47,646 bases of DNA, taken from NCBI RefSeq assembly GCF_001194135.2, contig NC_069005.1:17210546-17258191 (forward strand), in the 5' to 3' direction. A program made the position numbers and the translations under genes. The first letter of the stretch is position 1; the number at the start of each line of letters is the position of its first letter. The DNA is from Octopus bimaculoides. Taxonomy: Eukaryota. Of the stretch, positions 46,600 through 47,646 are shown piece after piece. The notes beneath the pieces were generated by a model that ran no database searches, was not told where the DNA came from, and saw only the letters and a list, made by a program, of their open reading frames with translations.

Positions 46600-47493
46600 C
46601 GAGGTGATATCAACAAGTTCCGGGACTAGTTATGTTTAATAACTTATTTACCGAAGTTTTAACGTCATCTCTTTCGAAACAGTCACCTTCAGCAGCAATA
46701 CACCGGTCCCAGCGTTCTTGCCACTCTTGGAATCCGGCCTGGAAGTTATTATCAGTAAGCCGGTCGAGGCCTTTCTGCGAATCGCTCTGGATCTTGACAA
46801 CAGAGTTAAAAGGACGACCTTTGAGCTGCATTTTCATTTTGGAGAAGAGATGAAAGTCCGCAGGTGCTAAATCTAGGGAGTAGGCGGGGGAGTGATACCA
46901 TGTTGTTTCTGGCGAGAAAATCAAGAATGGGGAGAACTCGGTAACAGGATGCATTGTCGTTGTGAAGAATCCAGTCATTCGCGCTCCGCAGATCCGGTTG
47001 TTTTTGGTGGATATCCTCCCTCAAACGCTTCAAAACGTTACAGTAGAACTCTCGATTGACGGCCTGGCTCTGAGGGACGAATTCTCGATGCACAATACCA
47101 CACTTTCAGAGGTGACATCCGTGGCAGATCTTCCAAATTACTCATCTCTTTCAGGGACGTTCTTCCGCTTTTGAAGTGCCCGTGCCACTCGAAACATTGT
47201 GTACGACTCACTGATTCGTCACCGTAAGCTTGCCAAAGCATGCTCAATGACTCCCAAGTTTATCGCAAAATTTCACGCTGGCTCTTTGTTCCTCTCCATG
47301 ACAAAATCGCAAACTACAACATACAAGTCATCACAAAAACACAAATTTCGTAACTTGGGAAATAACCACAGCGATGTTGCTCGGCACACTGCCTCATAAG
47401 GGTCACTGCGAGCTCTCATTGCGCACGCAACCGTGTGCTGCCATCTGTTAGCGTACTACAGAACTAGTCCGGGAAATGTTTTATACCACGTCA
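46600..47493 (-). mobile_element. Internally deleted mariner element (894 bp) with both TIRs and TA target duplication
   Basis: TA|CGAGGTGATATCAACAAGTTCCGGGACTAGTT and AACTAGTCCGGGAAATGTTTTATACCACGTCA|TA; relics MLWQAYGDESVSRTQCFEWHGHFKSGRTSL, HREFVP...WILHNDNA, HSPAYSLDLAPADFHLFSKMK, WQERWDRCIAAEGDCFE. Confidence 0.9.
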
Positions 47494-47646
47494 TACATAC
47501 AACTCACTCTACGTAAGAAAACAAACTCCCAGGTTCGAAGTCAATTTGGTAAGTGTAACATACGAAACTATCGGTTCTTGAATCAAGTATTTTTTATGCC
47601 TTTCTGCTGGTTTAAAATAATAGTAAGATATATATATATATATATA

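Noticed and set aside
1-47646. CRISPR arrays, rRNA genes or prokaryotic operons
   Set aside because: No regularly spaced repeat-spacer structure, rRNA similarity or gene-dense segment; the DNA is eukaryotic repeat-rich sequence.

Overview
AT-rich, microsatellite-dense eukaryotic genomic DNA from a short-read assembly: 19 N-gaps totalling about 7.5 kb, almost all flanked by simple repeats. The SINE families and repeat spectrum point to an octopus/cephalopod genome (inference). No host protein-coding exon can be confidently recognised; most ORF-track entries are artefacts of microsatellites or N-runs. The window is a mosaic of decayed mobile elements: R4/Dong LINE fragments (x2), CR1/L2-group LINE fragments (x2), RTE-X and RTE/BovB LINE relics, a Penelope-like element (RT thumb plus GIY-YIG), Tc1 (x2) and mariner (x2) relics, a TA-flanked MITE, a Chapaev3-type transposase relic, an internally deleted Helitron with both termini, and many tRNA-derived SINEs. 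The most notable signals lie outside the ORF track. (1) Three sequence-unrelated hammerhead-ribozyme motifs; two sit in fold-back elements whose arm boundaries fall within 10 nt of the predicted cleavage site, and one of those elements is a head-to-head dimer of a tRNA-headed, hammerhead-tailed SINE-like unit. (2) A full-length U6 copy fused directly to a SINE 3' end. (3) A GIY-YIG nuclease motif split by an in-frame low-complexity insert of about 135-140 codons. All family assignments come from manual translation and motif recall, not from database searches.
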